DNA of 48,873 nucleotides from Jimgerdemannia flammicorona (taxonomy: Eukaryota): assembly GCA_003990765.1 (NCBI GenBank), contig RBNJ01000035.1, forward strand, positions 1 through 48,873. Direction: 5' to 3'. A program made the position numbers and the translations under genes. Shown one piece after another: positions 1 to 14,849 of this stretch; position 1 is the stretch's first letter, and the number at the start of each line of letters is the position of its first letter. A model generated the notes under the pieces. It was not told the DNA's origin, did not search any database, and worked only from the letters and a program-made list of their open reading frames with translations.

Positions 1-12
1 AAAAAAAACTCA

Positions 13-3535
<3,523 letters not shown>

Positions 3536-4692
3536 GATTTGAATGAGCATTTGTAGAAGGCAAGGCCCGATTCAGGGTATTGAAACTGGGGAGAAGAGAA
3601 AGGGAATGGGTGACTGGTAATTGGGATTGGGATCGACCTTTTCCAATGTTAATTTACACAATGACGTGAATTGCAAAGCCACAACTATTTCCGAGCGTGA
3701 GTATACCTATCGTCCGTTAAACACCCCTGTGGAACGCCATAGGGCCCAGATCTCATAATCTGCTTTATTGTCTCAATGAGTAGGAACAGGGGAACAGGAA
3801 TCCCGAAAATTTATAGTAATGGAGCTATGAACGATTGTGGGGCCAACAATCCAACAACGCGCACTCAGCGTCGATGGGAACCCTACACCCAAGAGTTCTA
3901 CGACAACGAAATTTCGTGACTCAAAGATGGTATTCACAGGAAAGAGGCACTGTTATAAAAATAAAATAAAATAAAACCTCAACGATGAGGAGGTATCTTT
4001 GGCTGCAATGATAATGTTAGTTTCCTCTCTCCATATCACATGAACCCAGCACTGGTGCTCCAACACATGTGTTGCACTGTGCAAAAGTGACGTAGAGGTA
4101 ATAGTCATTGACATCGACGTGGTTCTGGGTCAGCGGGCCGCAGCCAGGCAGTCCAAGAATTGTGACCACATGATGCGGAGTGCCACAGATAATCAACTTG
4201 TGGTTTCTTTTTTTGTGAGCAGACCGAGATCACAGGAAATGAGAAATGGGCACAAAGATAAAAAAATAAATATAATAATATATTTACAAATGATCTGGGC
4301 ATGAATATCAGGATATTCCGAGCACAGTTAATTGCGACAACGAAACAGATTGTCCGTTGGCTCATTGTTGTAATCACTATCACCAATCAGGACACAAGAT
4401 GAATGGATATGAACTATATACACCAGTGGCCTAACCAGGGATTACTACTGTGGTATATACGATTGCGAGGTATATGCCCATTTACGAAAACGTGTCTGGC
4501 CATACGCAGTAAATCGGTAAATGAAGTCAAAAAAAAAGGACGGTTCTCTATTGCGGTTCGTCAAGAACACGCTAGGACTTGGCCAACCCATGTTTCGTAT
4601 CAAACGATACAATGGGTGGCGAGAGCCCAACCGATAACTCAAGAAACTCAACATGACACGAATATCTGGAAATGTTCATCCTGTTATCCTCT

Positions 4693-5208
4693 TTAGAACC
4701 CAATGGCGAACCGCATCCTCCGCTCTTCACCGAGCTGAAACACCGACTGTGCCGAGTTCGCCCGGCGCCTCCCGGAAAAACTTGTGCTCGGGCGCAACAA
4801 TGACGGCCTAGCATCTTTCGAACACTGCGAGTCTAGAATGACCTGTTCCTGCTTTACCACAATGACTGCAGCACTCTCCACCACTGCAGGTTCGATATTG
4901 GAGTTGTCAACACGTGCCACTAGCAGGTCTCCGTTTGGAGCGCTCGCAAGGCCTTGCCCTGGAAAGACTGTTACTAGGCCGTCAAAATGCTGATCCTGCA
5001 CGTCTACCGCCGCAGGTTCGTCGTTGTCGTTGGTCGATGGTGGCGGTGATGATTGTTGAAAAGTGTTAGACTGCCGTGAGGTTTGCTGGTTGTCTAAACG
5101 TTGTTGGCGCTGATGTACAAGCCAGGCACGTTCGATGATGGCTTGGTTCTTGAGCTCGAATGGAAACCAGACGCCTTTCTCAAAGTCTTCAAAGAGCCAG
5201 ACGACCAT
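4693..5208 (-). CDS. Small protein with an N-terminal WWE-like motif
   Basis: 171-aa ORF starting MVVWLFEDFEKGVWFPFELKNQAIIERAW, which matches the W..W....E pattern of WWE domains, followed by a Q/S/P-rich linker. Confidence 0.5.
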   Translation of the reverse strand: MVVWLFEDFEKGVWFPFELKNQAIIERAWLVHQRQQRLDNQQTSRQSNTFQQSSPPPSTNDNDEPAAVDVQDQHFDGLVTVFPGQGLASAPNGDLLVARVDNSNIEPAVVESAAVIVVKQEQVILDSQCSKDARPSLLRPSTSFSGRRRANSAQSVFQLGEERRMRFAIGF

Positions 5209-6879
5209 TGTGGTTTGCGTTTGTATTTGTTGGAAAAGTGATTCCCAAATTTAAACCAAGAGAGGGATATGAGATAGGAGGAAAGGAGGAGGTTCGTCGT
5301 CTCAAGGGCTCGAAGAACGGTCTGTATCGAATCTTGGTTTTACGCGCGCGAACGTTTGCTTCGAACCAAGATGCTGAAAGAGATTGAATGCGGTTTGTTA
5401 AAATATGTACCTGAATTCGCACGCGGCATGGGTGGCCAGGAATGGGCAGGCTTTGTTACTTTTTCGGTCATGTGCAGCCAAGACAACGTGAAACCACGCA
5501 AATATATATAGACTACCTTATTATCACGGAGGTGGGGAAAGCTCAAGCAACGGAGGGATCTAACAGATGCCAACCAAGCTTGATCCCGCTCCACGATGCT
5601 ATTTATATGCAAATGAGTACCCCCTTTTTGTCAAGTTTTCCCGGACAAACACATTTGGAAATTGTCCGTGATCAAGGTAGATGTGATGTGTGACAAGCAG
5701 GGCAACACCCTTGCTCTAAACTGAAGGAGACACTCTCGAGAAAAGACTCACGGGGGTCTAGATGCTATTTGTTTGGCTTGGATAGAACAAACAAACAAAA
5801 CCTTGGGCTTTGCGATAGAGTATTCACAGTATAAATTGCACTGTAATTTTTGCCCGTCAAAGTGTAAGGGTCCCAGGTTGGTTTCAACCTTCAGCGATTA
5901 TATTCAGTTAGGTGAATGTGCGCCAACCCCCATTCGTGCATACACTTCTCAGAGAGGATTTTCCAACGTCAGGTTGATGGGGAGAATAGGGGTGTAGATG
6001 TATATGTATTTGCGACATGACCAAAGGGATGGAGGCTGTTGGGCAAACCATATTACCCCACACATTATCTACACTTACCCCACACATTATCTACACACTG
6101 TGACCGACCCCTACACTACTTTCATGCCCCCACACGATTCAATCGCTCAGATGCAGGAACTTCACGTGTCACCTAACTTGATACTTCCCTTCCCATCTTC
6201 CAAAGGGGCAAGGAGCGTCCATGTGGCAATCATATAAATACACCCTTACTCGTTCATGGGCGGGAATCTTCCTTCACATGTCGATCCAAATCCGCGTGCG
6301 AATGGGATTGATCGAGATCGGCCCAGAACGGGTAGGCAGGTGACATGATTGTCGGAAATGGTGAGGATTAGGGTGAAGGGAGGATTTCCGAGATAAAATA
6401 GATATGCGGTGGTCAATGAGCCCCTCGACAAGATGATGTTATTTGGTATATGAAATCGGGGCAATTGACCCAAGTCGCCTATTAATTACGGATATCCTAT
6501 ATACCACTGCACACCGAACAATTATATGCACAACAGTGGGAACTAGGGGCTACGCGGAAACCACGGGGTTAACCAATGATCGACGCGTGCCCAGGGTTAT
6601 TGCCCAAACATGGTGCAATACAAGGCGAACCGGCATTCGGGGAAATGTGATCTTCATCCAATGGTTCACACCACATGGTGCTACTGCGATTTTCGATTCA
6701 AATGACTTCATACTGATAAAATGAGAAATGGTTGCACCTGGAGGCATTACCAAGAATTTGGTAACGCGTAATTACCATACGTAGTATACATGCTGACATT
6801 TTGATTTGAATGCGAGCTCGAATTTTAAAATGTTGCCCAATAGTACATATATACACATAAGGAAAGGGGTTTCAAGTGG

Positions 6880-8129
6880 TTATACTGAGGACCAAATAAC
6901 CTCTACTAACCCTTCCAATTCTCGGTGCGCAGGATGCAATTCCATTTTATCTTTCTCCATTTTCGCATACCGGCCATCCTGAACAACATTGCCATTTCTC
7001 CCTCTCTTCTGATTTTTCTCCGCCGATCGCGCACCGTACACGTTATCGTCCTGCTTTCTACTTTCTTGCACCAATTTTGATACCTGTGCTAGCGTCAATC
7101 CACCGGGCCCCTTTATCTTATTAGGATCCTTCTCTTCATATATGGCGGAAGGTGCCGTTCTAGGGAGACTGCGCTTTCGCACCACACCGCGTTTCTCGAG
7201 CGAACAGAGTTGTTGCAGGATCGTGCCGGTAAAATTACGGCGCGTGGCTGCGGACGTGATTCTCGAGGAGGAGGAAGAAAGCTTATCGGCGATTTCGCGC
7301 GCGTCCATGACGGTCCCGCAGGACCGGAGGAACTGGAGGATTCGTGACGGAAGCGCCATCTGCTCCGAAATGCTACGTTCGATTAAGGACGGCGGATGGA
7401 TAACCACGTCGCCATGTCCAGGATACACGAGCTTGGGGAACAGCATGTCGAGTTTTTTAAGCGAGGCGAGGTAGGCGTCGGGGGCCTCGAGAACGACCTC
7501 GGCGACGTTCTCGTGCGGAACGAGTGTATCGCCCGACAGGATAGCGTCTTCTTCTGTGAGGCGCAAGACGATGCTGTCGCGGGTGTGGCCTGGTGTGTAA
7601 ACGACATTGAGGGAAGTGTCGCCGTCCGAGGTTTTGATTGTGTCACCGTCAGCGAGCTGGCAGAATTTGATCAAGGTGGGATTTTCGAATTCTCGGGGTG
7701 AATAGCCATGTTTCATCAATATAGGTGAAGATGCCCAAGACGCACGCGCGAGAGGTTCGAAGCCGCCGGCGTGGGCGGGGTGGAGGTGTGTCACCAAAAC
7801 CTTCGATAGCGTGATATTACGAGTTGAGAGGGTGGATTGGAGAGCTTGAAGGTACTCGGTGTCGCCATAACCCGTATCCACGAGAATGCGGTCCTTTCCG
7901 CGACCCAGCAAGTAGCTGTTTACTTAATTTGGGTGGGGGAGCAATAATATGTAATGCCTGTAAGATCAAGACAACCATAAAACGGCGCAAGTAACCATGG
8001 GTGATGTCAAGCAATTGTCAACATGCCAGTTCCTTGTGACTTTATGCGAATGACTCTTGTAGTCAATTGCGTGATCTGAGAGCTGTGCGTAGAAAATGAG
8101 CGCCTCGGGTGTCCAAGTCGTCGTAGCAT
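6880..8129 (-). CDS. Metallo-beta-lactamase fold protein, LACTB2-like, probably mitochondrial
   Basis: Motifs YLLG..RILVDTG, THLHPAHAGG (HxHxDH-like), TPGHTRDS, SGDTL, YPGHG, followed by a winged-helix-like C-terminal part. A short upstream exon from ATG 8129 reads MLRRLGHPRRSFSTHSSQITQLTTRVIRI: an Arg/Ser-rich presequence plus the typical 'L..RVIRI' start. The exact intron junction (about 7917-8030) is uncertain. Confidence 0.8.
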
Positions 8130-8308
8130 GATAGCGATTGAGTTGGCGGCGGGATGCCAGCAACACACTACAAACTGAGTGCACTGGATCACATGACATT
8201 TGGTGGCTTGTCGGATCACGTGTCCCAACTTTTTTTCATACGTTCATTTTCAGACCTTACGCTTGTCTCTTTGCTCCACATTCCCGCTATTCATACCTTG
8301 ACACTACA
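8130..8308. promoter_or_regulatory. Compact bidirectional promoter region
   Basis: Only 179 bp separate the divergent ATGs at 8129 (-) and 8309 (+). The interval contains TCACGTG (about 8216-8222) and TCACATGA (about 8189-8196) E-box-like motifs. Confidence 0.5.
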
Positions 8309-10469
8309 ATGGGTAAAGACGCACCGAAACCGAAAAAGGTCATTCCACAGAGGCATGATCCTCTCCATGTTCAGATGACTCAGGAGAATGACCTTACCCG
8401 GACTGGTCGAAAGGTCCCGAGGCAGAAGTTCATGCAGCGGGAAGCAAGGGTAGACAAGAGTGAGGTTAGTTGGTGTCTGATCATTGTTGCGTGCGGCTTT
8501 ATCTCCTATTCTCCAAATTTTATTGTCCGCCTAGGCGACTGCTTACTTTCTGTAACCCTCCTACCCATATACGACAACAGGAATATATCGACGCGAAACT
8601 TTCGAAAAAGATCTTGAAGATTGCGCAAGAGCAGCAGGATGAGATTGAGGCCGAGGAAGAAGACGAGGAAGAGGAGGAGTAGTAAGTTTTATGAACAGGT
8701 TGTCTTCTTCTAGTCCAGGTACCAATTTGCGTCTACACAAAAATTGATGATTTTTTCTTTTGCTTGCACCGTATCCTCCTTGGCTACACAGTATGCCATC
8801 GTCGAAGAGCGCGACGATAGCGACCATCGTAAATGAAGACAGCGACGAAGAATTCGACGATGATGAAGATGATTTTGGCGATTACGAAGAGCTGGTAGGT
8901 TATCCTGTTTAGCAGGAAGATCTCTGCCTGATTCGACTTCACGACATCTCATTCCATTCCCAAAAATAACAGGAAGTTGATGAAGCGGATGCGGAAATAT
9001 TGAGCAAATTCTTGCCCTCGGCACCGCGGGAGCGCAAGACGCTAGCCGATTTGATCATGGAAAAGATCAACTTGCAAAATGTATCTGGAGGGGACGGAAC
9101 GCAAAAGGATGACGGTGAGTCTAAATGTGCGGAGATTAGGATGCGAGGTAAAGCCAATGAAGCTATTCTGGTGACTGTACACACTGACATAGCCCCTGTC
9201 TGTCTCTTTTTGTCGTTAGTCCTAGATGACACACCGATTCCACCAGGGATGAACCCCAAGGTGGTCGAGGTATACACGAAGTACGCGTTACTCTTCTCTT
9301 TTCCGCTCACCTTTTTCCAATAAATATTTTCCTGCTTACTTACGTCAATCCAATTTTCAACAACAGAGTTGGCACTCTCCTAAGCCGCTACAAATCCGGC
9401 AAGCTTCCCAAGGCCTTCAAAATCATTCCCTCATTAAGCAATTGGGAGGACGTCCTGTACTTGACGCAGCCCGAACAGTGGACACCTCATGCCACATACC
9501 AGGCGACAAGGATCTTCGTATCGAATTTGAAGGCGAAACAGTCGCAACGGTGAATATTGTATTTCTTGACACCATAATGGTCGGATTGCATGCACAGGAA
9601 CCACGGAGTGTTTATATGCCATGGATATCCTTGTTTTCCGGATCGGCTACAGGTATCTCCTGACCTTCATCTCATCCCATTCGAACACCCTCCATCCAGC
9701 TTTTTCTCCCTCGTTCTCTTCGAACGTGTCCGCGATGACATCGCCGAGACCAAAAAGCTTAACTACCACCTCTACATGGCCCTCAAGAAGGCGCTGTACA
9801 AACCCGCGGCCTTCTTCAAGGGCATTCTTTTTCCGTTGTGCGAATCTGGGACATGCACGCTCAAGGAGGCGGCTATAATTGGGAGCGTCATCACCAAGGT
9901 GTCGATACCCGTGCTGCATTCCAGCGCGGCGTTATTGAGGTTGGCGGAGATGGATTATACGGGTGTGTATGCTGTTGAAAGCGGACCATGGGTTTGTGGC
10001 GAATGCTCACGGTAATCGGAGCACACATGGAAGGCATGGGCGGGGGGAGGTTTTGGGCACGCACTCGTTGATAATCTCTAGAGCCCATAATGAAACTACT
10101 AGAAACCTCCGCAAATCCTGATACGGTTTGTCCTCTCTATAACCAGGCCCCAACTCCCTCTTCATCCGCGTCCTCCTCGACAAAAAATACGCCCTTCCCT
10201 ACAAAGTCGTCGACGCTCTCGTTTCCCACTTCGCCCGTTTCCGTAACGACCCGCGCGCCATGCCTGTCCTCTGGCATCAGGCCTTGCTTGTGTTTGCGCA
10301 GCGATACAAGCAGGACCTCGTGCCCGAGCAAAAGGGTACCTTGCTGGAGTTGCTCAAGGTTAAGCAGCATCTGGGCATCACCCCCGAAATTCGGCGCGAG
10401 ATCGTCGGGTCCACAGCAAGGGGCGAGCTTTTGGCAGAGGGAGACAAGGATTGGATGATGATGGATTGA
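8309..10469 (+). CDS. ENP1: Bystin / Enp1, 40S ribosome biogenesis factor (8 exons)
   Basis: Exons at about 8309-8464, 8581-8682, 8791-8895, 8972-9114, 9220-9281, 9368-9549, 9700-9962 and 10147-10469, with GT-AG introns (boundaries approximate; an exon count of 8 is a minimum). Peptides: [116 protein letters not shown]. Confidence 0.95.
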
Positions 10470-11266
10470 GTGCGGTGATATTGGAATATGAACTGAGCAG
10501 GGATTGTGATAGGGTAGAGGATCACCATGCATGTAGTATAGCATAGAACTGTAATTATCTCGGTTCGCTTTTTTATCGGCCCTTTTTTTTGGCATTAGAT
10601 GTGCATATTATCTAGGACCTCCCCCCTACGTGATAATGTCAAATATAAGAGACGCTGTAAATGGCTGGCTTGAAAGTGTGCACATTTAAGAAAGAAATTA
10701 GTTAGTAGCATGTAACATACTGAACGTGTCATGATGAATCGGAAAACTTCATGTTTGGTAGCTTCTTGGGCGACCGAGCTATCAACACAAAATAGCGTAG
10801 CCAACATGCATTCTTAGTTGTGATGACCATTACGTTCTAACTTCATTGCTTTCATAGTGAATATATAAGATATTTTAGATTGCCGACATGTCCTTGTGAG
10901 TATTATTATACCTTTTGTAGTAAAAGCAATGCACACTTTGCAAGTCCATTCTCTATAGATTATAACGTCTTTCTTTTCACTTTCATGTCATTACATATGG
11001 CCAATCCATTCAACTTCTCATGCTTACTTGATGACTTGTCCACCATTATTCGTTGACATATGCCATCGATGACAATGATGAATCACATGTCGTTGCTCCG
11101 AGAGATCAAATGAGACAACGTCCATAACGTCACACTCGTCTGACCACACTGGAAACGGAAAAATGAGGCATCTACAGCACTGTCCTTGAAAAACATTCCC
11201 ATAAAGGCTACATTGATTTGGAGTAAAATACCATACAAAGGTAAACAGAAATAGATACAAAAACAG

Positions 11267-11329
11267 CGCCCAACGTGGGGGTCGAACAAGATTAAGAGTC
11301 TCACACTCTACCGATTGAGCTAGCCGGGC
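11267..11329 (-). tRNA. tRNA-Lys(CTT) with a 10-nt internal deletion (probable pseudogene)
   Basis: Minus strand reads GCCCGGCTAGCTCAATCGGTAGAGTGTGAGACTCTTAATCTT-GTTCGACCCCCACGTTGGGCG (63 nt). Acceptor, D and anticodon arms of eukaryotic tRNA-Lys(CTT) are present, but the variable loop and 5' strand of the T-stem are missing. A T5 Pol III terminator follows. Confidence 0.8.
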
Positions 11330-11833
11330 TGATGGATATAAACTTGAATTGTTAGTAGTTTGCACAACCTCAATCTGCAGTACTTGAAACGCAGTTCGGA
11401 TTAGTGTACGCTTATACATAATACAATGACTCAGTTGCATATTGATATTGAAAGAAAGAGGAGCATTTGCACAGAAGAATGGGGCAAGGAATAGCCGATT
11501 CAACGCTGGATTGTGATGCATACCTTAGTCACGTCGTTGACGATACCTTGTCTGAAATTTAATTTCACAGGAGGGAATGGTATCCAGCATAACCAGCAGC
11601 AAGAAGAAAGTCAACAGAGATAAGTAGATAGTGGAGGTGTCGATAAGTGTTTGCGTGCAGGGTTACCAGAGGGCTGAATGAAGTCAAGTTGGTCACCGAG
11701 TGCAGACGATCGATATCTTTGAAGGGGAGCTGTAAGACGGGAGAGGGCGAGAAACAAGAAAACGAGGTGTTTTTGCGCACTATATATAGATTCTACGCCT
11801 GAAATATCCTTATACGGCATACAAGGTAGCACA

Positions 11834-14344
11834 ATGACATCACAAACCAATCAAAATCCTTCCTTGTCAGATCATGTGACTGCACGAAGAGTGACGTTAG
11901 GGCAAATTCGCCCAACGTTGCGGTGTAAGTCTTTTTCCCAAATGGTTTCGCTTGACATGGACGAAACCCCACCGCCGCACTTCGACATACTATGGAGGCT
12001 CTTCGAGTTGGAACCCATATGGAACCTATTCCTAGAGGCCTGTGAAAAGAAACTCGCACCAGAGCCTCTGTGGCAGGTATGCCAAATTAAACAAAAATAC
12101 TCTTCAGCTAATTGCCAAGGTCCATTCCGCGTGCCCCCATTCACGTTCGCTCCTCTTTTCTTCTCTTATTCTTATCCCACTCAAGTCAGCGAACTCGGGA
12201 AGCAAGCACGTCCTTATCTTTCAGTTCCTTTCAATCCTCATTCACAAGTTTGCTGCCAACCTAGATGGCAAACCCCCTCTTGACACTCGCCCTTCCCTCG
12301 CCTACTTTCCAAGCCGGGCTTTCTCCAGCCACCAAACCTCTTTTCCGAGCCCTCCGCAGTGGAAGGACTTGGAAAATTTACTCTTGGCGTCAACTAGTGG
12401 CCTTTTGTCAAAACATCTTGCACTTGCTCGCAGTGCCAATGACTTTATACTTTCAACTGTGGCCAAATGGCATAGTGAAGACGCCAAAGAGGATTTGTTC
12501 ACTAATTTTGATCTGCTCAGGATTGGCTTGCGTGACTCGGATTGCTCTGTCACACTTATGGATTCCCAGCTCAATCCACAATATCGCATTCTGCATTTTC
12601 TACGGTTCATTGCCAATACTGTTATCCGACCAATTGAGGTTGCTCTTGGACCATCCATACAAGAAGGACTGGGTGATTGTCAGAGTTTGGGTGAATTGTC
12701 AAATTTGTATTCTTCACAAAGCAGGTAAACTTTATCTGGTTATTTGTCATCTTTATTCCAATTTGCTCTGTGTCCAACTTTCCTTTCTTTGATTACAGTC
12801 TGGGTGGAGAGCAGCACCTCTCACAAGCTCTTCTTTCGAATGGCAACATTTCTGGCACGAAGTCTGTCCTAGAAATTACCCGGGACGGTGATACTTTTCG
12901 CTATCCATTCTGCCTCAACGAGGCTGTCGGGCCAAAAGCAAAAGCATCATCGTGCCCACAACCATCTACGCCCACATTGTCATCAAGGATTGAGCCTAAC
13001 AAACGACGGGCGTCAGATCCCGTTCCAACTCGCGTTCCCTTTTTGGACGACGAGGGTGCCAAACGATCATCCTTAGACAACCTTGGTAAGACTGCTGACA
13101 AGAAAAAGAGGAGGAAAACCTCAACGTCGAGATCTAACCTCACAAAATCCCTCGATGGAGGAGGAGCAATAACTCTCAAGAAACGGAAGTTTACAAGCGG
13201 TGACCTCGGTGCGGAAAATTGTGCCGACGGCAAGGAAAGCGATGTTGCAAAAGAACAGCACGAAATTGGAACAGCTATGAATGACAGGAGCGTCACGAGC
13301 GTAGTGGAACAACGAATCGGACACCCTGTTGGTGGGGTGAGAGAGCAAACTCATTCTTCCGCGGGATCGTCCGGCACCTCGGCTCCGTTTGAGGGTGCTA
13401 AATTGTCGGAAGAGATGTCGGCATTGGTACGCGCGACGGCCATCGAAATGATGGAGCAGTGGAAGCGCGAAGCCTCGCAGACAATACTGGAGACAATAAT
13501 GATGCAGTTGGATACAATTGTGCGCGAAAAAATGCAGCTGGTTGTTGACGATGTGATTAACCAGACAATGGAAAAGCGTGTGCGCGCCATTTCCGAAGAA
13601 AAGATGGCGGAGAAGCGTGAACTTGATGATAATATAGCTGAGGAAGCTATGTCTTCTCTCTGGCAATCCCGTTTAGAAATGGCGCGTCACGATTCGGAAA
13701 TGCGTTGCGCAGTCAACAGGACCATCAGCGAGATATTTGAGGAGCAGCTGGACCGCTCTGAGAACTGGATGCTTGCCTCAGTGGATCGCAAAGTTGAGCA
13801 GGTGTTCGGGCGTAGGCATAGACGGCTGGTGAGTAGTGTGACGGAGGATTTAGATCGGGTGGTCACGCAGGTGGTGGAAAGGCGGGTCGGGGAAGTGAAG
13901 GGACGATTGGACGGGACAATCAATACAGCTTTGGAAGCTATACTGAAGGACAGGCGAAAGAGGACGGTAGAGGATGAGTCGGACGAAAAGCATGGAGTGA
14001 GGTGGATTGAAGAACCGTCTGGTGTTCCGACGCCGATACCAAGTCAGTCGTGTGAGCGCACTGGACAGAAGACGACAATGTCACTTCCGCCTGAAGGTTA
14101 CTTTGGCACACATTCATCACCTGCCTGGTCCGTGGAAGCCCTTCCATCGTGCTCGCCATTCACACAAGTCAAGAACAATACCCTATCACATTCGTCGGTC
14201 TCGTCGTGGGCGTCGTGGGCCTCCTGGGAGGCGAATATGGCGCCTATAATCAATGGATTCGCCATTTATCTGGAGAAACAGAAAGAAAAGAGGCTTTCAA
14301 ATAACACTATTGGTGATGATAAGGATAAAAACGAGGAGGGTTAA
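11834..14344 (+). CDS. Hypothetical protein of about 775 aa with basic NLS-like motifs and a long coiled-coil (3 exons)
   Basis: Exons at about 11834-12076, 12186-12724 and 12799-14344 join in frame through GTATGC and GTAAAC donors. Contains KKKRRK and LKKRKF motifs and a heptad-rich E/R/V/M helix at about 13410-13970. Confidence 0.65.
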
Positions 14345-14572
14345 GCGCCAAATGAAAAGCGAGCACACATGTAAGCAATGAAAAAAGAAGTTTGAGGGAG
14401 AATGGCCGACGATCGTGCAAGGATACCGATTTAATGGTGTATTTCATCCATTAGGCCATCAATGTTTTAATACTGAATGGCATTTCTACACAACTTTTTT
14501 TTCAGACTGTCCTGCACTCTCCAGTTTTTATCTCACGTGGTTACAATTCAAGGAAATTTTGTAAATTTGTGC

Positions 14573-14581
14573 TTTGCCACC
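14573..14581 (-). promoter_or_regulatory. PACE-like proteasome control element GGTGGCAAA
   Basis: TTTGCCACC on the plus strand is an exact match to the yeast Rpn4 site, about 270 bp upstream of the RPN7 ATG. Confidence 0.5.
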
Positions 14582-14849
14582 TTATTATAACTTTGCTATT
14601 GTATTTGACATTGCAATCTCCCATCTTACATGCCTTCGGTATTAGATTACTGTATCCCGCCATTGTCTATCTTTTAGCTATCTGTACATTTCTGTTTCTG
14701 TCATGTAATTAGCTCAATGAACTTCAGCAGTCCTTGGTCAGTAGATGACGTGACTTGCCTGTCGCCAGTGATTACGTGTACCCTCCTTTATTGACTGCCC
14801 TCTCGAGCCTCTGTGCGTCTACCTGTAAAATATACAAAAACTATACGCA

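Noticed and set aside
6054-6098. Two-copy tandem repeat of about 22 nt (TACCCCACACATTATCTACAC)
   Set aside because: Simple local duplication with no spacers; not CRISPR-like.
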